DNA of 63,349 nucleotides, counting the filler, from Candidatus Woesearchaeota archaeon (GTDB taxonomy: Archaea > Nanobdellota > Nanobdellia > Woesearchaeales > BM511), in the NCBI GenBank assembly GCA_023266675.1. It is 8 parts of 8 records of this genome, joined end to end, with 100 filler letters (N's around TTAATTAATTAA, not from the genome) between each part and the next. Parts side by side here need not be neighbours in the genome. Positions count along the whole stretch, not along the records: positions 60,652 to 63,349 come from JAHFPP010000083.1; 7 more parts are not named here. The stretch is one strand, 5' to 3'. Shown piece by piece: positions 60,867 through 63,349 of the stretch. Position numbers and translations under genes: made by a program. Every line of letters starts with the position of its first letter. The first letter of the stretch is position 1. The notes beneath the pieces are model-generated. The model saw nothing but the letters and a program-made list of their open reading frames with translations. It had not been told where the DNA came from and searched no databases.

Positions 60867-61472
60867 TCAATTCCGAACAGTTATTGTAGGCTCGATTAAC
60901 TTTAGTTTTTTCAAGTCAATTTCACAGAAGATATAATCTTCCTTTGTGTTCTCCCAATTCCTGCAGACTTCAATCTCTGTTGCACCGAATTTTTTAAATG
61001 CTGCAAGAGAACCATTTGGCCGGAAATGTCCGATGACTCTGTCATAACCAAGCTCCTGTGCAGTTATCAAAAATTCCTTTAAAAGCTTTGATCCTATTCC
61101 TTCTCCACGGTAGCCATTTGCTATAACAAAATTAAAGAGATAAACATATTTGATATTTGAAAATTCAGGTTTATTCATCTTATAATCTATCATTTCCGCA
61201 TTTGTCGGCGGATAAGCTATTATGTTTCCTACATAGGTATTATCAAAAAAAGCAAGTTTTCCAATAGCATCTCCATCTATCAAAATTTGTGCATAACCCA
61301 TTTTTGACGTTCGTATAGATTTCTTATAGGTAAGTTCTGACTTCATAACTGAAGAAACAACTCTTTTCCAGTTATTTGTGTTTATATCTTCGAAAGTTAA
61401 CATGAGAAACTGCAAAATCAAGGGGGTATTAATATGCTTTACGGTAGAATCTGATTTATCGTCAACAATCAA
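60867..61472 (-). CDS. GNAT-family acetyltransferase
   Basis: YRGEGIGSKLL acetyl-CoA motif, FKKFG; start uncertain. Confidence 0.8.
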   Translation of the reverse strand: MIVDDKSDSTVKHINTPLILQFLMLTFEDINTNNWKRVVSSVMKSELTYKKSIRTSKMGYAQILIDGDAIGKLAFFDNTYVGNIIAYPPTNAEMIDYKMNKPEFSNIKYVYLFNFVIANGYRGEGIGSKLLKEFLITAQELGYDRVIGHFRPNGSLAAFKKFGATEIEVCRNWENTKEDYIFCEIDLKKLKLIEPTITVRN

Positions 61473-61543
61473 TAAATTTTTATATAGGAAGACTTAAATC
61501 ACTATATAGTGCTAATAATAATAAATTTATAGGCGGTGATAAT

Positions 61544-61924
61544 ATGAAATCAGTCCAATTAAAATGCTACCGATGCGGCAAGGAAAATGACGTTATTGAT
61601 ATGAGGTATACTGCATTAAACAGGATGATTTGCAAAAATTGCATGGAAAAAGGAAAAACAACCGTAGCAAATGAGATTATTCTGCCAAAAAAAACAACTA
61701 ACAGCTCTTTTGACTTAAAGAAAGAAACAAAAACACAGCCCAAAAATGAAGCAAAAGAGCCTATGATTGAGTATATATGCAAAGAATGCCATTACACCTT
61801 TAAAAGGAAAAAATCCGCAATTATAAAAACTTGCCCTTACTGCAATGCAGAAGAATCGCTTGATGTAAAAAGCGGAAAAACTGCTGACAATATTTTAAAG
61901 GAAAGTACTGGCGAAGGATATTGA
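61544..61924 (+). CDS. Double zinc-ribbon protein
   Basis: CYRC/CKNC and CKEC/CPYC. Confidence 0.8.
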   Translation: MKSVQLKCYRCGKENDVIDMRYTALNRMICKNCMEKGKTTVANEIILPKKTTNSSFDLKKETKTQPKNEAKEPMIEYICKECHYTFKRKKSAIIKTCPYCNAEESLDVKSGKTADNILKESTGEGY

Positions 61925-61981
61925 AGATATTTAAAATTAACAATGAATAAAAAAAATAGCAGATAAAATACAGGTGGGAAA

Positions 61982-62824
61982 ATGAATATACCAGGAAAAA
62001 GTGTTGAAATCAAATGCAGACGATGCGGAAAAACTGCAAAAGCTGAAGATTTTGCTTTAGATTATGTTTACAAAATGGCTGTATGCCCTTCATGCATAAA
62101 AGAAAGAAAGGCAAACGACTCAAAAACTATCAAACAAAGTGTTAAGGAAGCTGAAACGCAGACTGAAGCTCCAAAGAAAATACACCCGCCAGGATGGGAT
62201 GCTGAAGATGAATACCTTGAAAAATTGGCTCGCCAAAAACAGAAAGGAATTGAAACACCGCAGCAACCAACACCTGATTCACACCATATGAGCGGAATAA
62301 ACAGGATGCAAACAAGTTCTTACAGTTCACCAAAACCCCAAACAGTGAGTTCAACTACATCAACAAACACACAATCATCAAAACCTATGAGTGTCGCGGA
62401 TTTTGGGATGAGAGGAACTGCAAAACCTACGTCCCAACAATCAACTACACAGCCCAACACTTCTCAAAGTAGCAGTTCACAGTCAAAACCTATGGGACTT
62501 TCAGATTTTGGTATGCGCGCAGCCACTAAAACTCAGGCGCCTGAACAACCGCACGCATCAACATCTCAAAGCACGCAGTCATCTAAACCAATGGGGATTG
62601 CAGATTTTGGAATGAGGTCAAGCGGTAGAGCTGAATCATCTTCTGAACATCTACACCAGGAAAAAAGCGCTGTTGCTACAGAAAGAGAAGGAAAATCAAG
62701 CTCTGACCCTGACAAGATGAAATATAAATGCAAAAAATGCAACTATGAGTTTTATTACAACCGCGAAAGAAACATGCCTCGCGCATGCCCATACTGCAAC
62801 ACGCAAGTAATGCATTTACTCTGA
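61982..62824 (+). CDS. Double zinc-ribbon protein with disordered repeat linker
   Basis: CRRC/CPSC, PPGWDAEDEYLE, three SKPMxxxDFGMR, CKKC/CPYC. Confidence 0.8.
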   Translation: MNIPGKSVEIKCRRCGKTAKAEDFALDYVYKMAVCPSCIKERKANDSKTIKQSVKEAETQTEAPKKIHPPGWDAEDEYLEKLARQKQKGIETPQQPTPDSHHMSGINRMQTSSYSSPKPQTVSSTTSTNTQSSKPMSVADFGMRGTAKPTSQQSTTQPNTSQSSSSQSKPMGLSDFGMRAATKTQAPEQPHASTSQSTQSSKPMGIADFGMRSSGRAESSSEHLHQEKSAVATEREGKSSSDPDKMKYKCKKCNYEFYYNRERNMPRACPYCNTQVMHLL

Positions 62825-62859
62825 TAATCATTTTTTAGAAAAAGATTATTAAGAAATTA

Positions 62860-63349
62860 TTATTTTCTCTTTTTGGTTTTATTTTCTACTTTTTTCAATT
62901 CCCTGACTGATTTATAGAAAAAGTACCCTACAACAAGGAAAGTTGATAATGGCGCTGCAAAGTGAGGAATATGCATTCCAAAACTGTCAAGAATCATTAT
63001 AATACCTAAAAAGAGAATTGAATACATTGCGCCGTTTTTTAAATACTTATATTTTTTTACACGGTCAATATTGCTTACAGTCAATTGCCTTACAACAATT
63101 GCGCCGATTCCATTTCCAAGCAGGATTAAAGGAACGGCTAAAGTAAAAGCAAACGCCCCAAGAACACCATCAATAGAGAAAGTTGCGTCAATTACCTCTA
63201 AATAGAGTATTTTGCTTATATCCGACATGCCGCTTGATTTGCTAAGCAGTTTTTCTTCCTGCTCTTCTGCATTTTGCTTGAAACCGTGTGTTATAAAAAA
63301 AGCCGTTGAACCTATAACTGCACCAAATGCCATTAATGGATTTGCATGA
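62860..63349 (-). CDS. DUF475 (TerC-like) membrane protein, C-terminal part
   Basis: YLEVIDATFSIDGVLGAFAFT, YLKNGAMYSI; last 18 nt equal 22592-22609. Confidence 0.88.
   Translation of the reverse strand, partial: HANPLMAFGAVIGSTAFFITHGFKQNAEEQEEKLLSKSSGMSDISKILYLEVIDATFSIDGVLGAFAFTLAVPLILLGNGIGAIVVRQLTVSNIDRVKKYKYLKNGAMYSILFLGIIMILDSFGMHIPHFAAPLSTFLVVGYFFYKSVRELKKVENKTKKRK

Overview
This window is not one chromosome segment. It is eight contigs joined by artificial 100-nt spacers (N44-TTAATTAATTAA-N44), most likely a metagenome bin with contamination. Contig 1 (1-11205) looks like a large Bacteroidota phage fragment: small co-oriented orphan genes, an ECF sigma factor, a ParB-like protein, a perfect parS site and three repeated promoter classes. 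Contigs 2, 3, 6, 7 and 8 are DPANN/Woesearchaeota-like archaeal DNA (EF-2, EF-1alpha, eL24/eS28/L7Ae/eS24/eS31, tRNA-Ser, uvrA, membrane PPase, type IV pilus ATPase and platform, toxin-antitoxin pairs). Contig 4 (class II ribonucleotide reductase) and contig 5 look bacterial, possibly Patescibacteria. The highlight is contig 5: a DRT2 (UG2)-type antiphage reverse transcriptase preceded by a structured ncRNA of about 365 nt. Its antisense strand has one stop-free frame and out-of-order promoter halves (TATAAT before TTGCAA). Head-to-tail copying of a 147-nt unit bounded by AAC microhomology would build a TTGCAA-N17-TATAAT promoter and an endless 49-aa-repeat ORF, i.e. a hidden Neo-like gene with a longer unit than the characterised 120-nt one. 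All family assignments come from motif recognition by eye; no searches were run.
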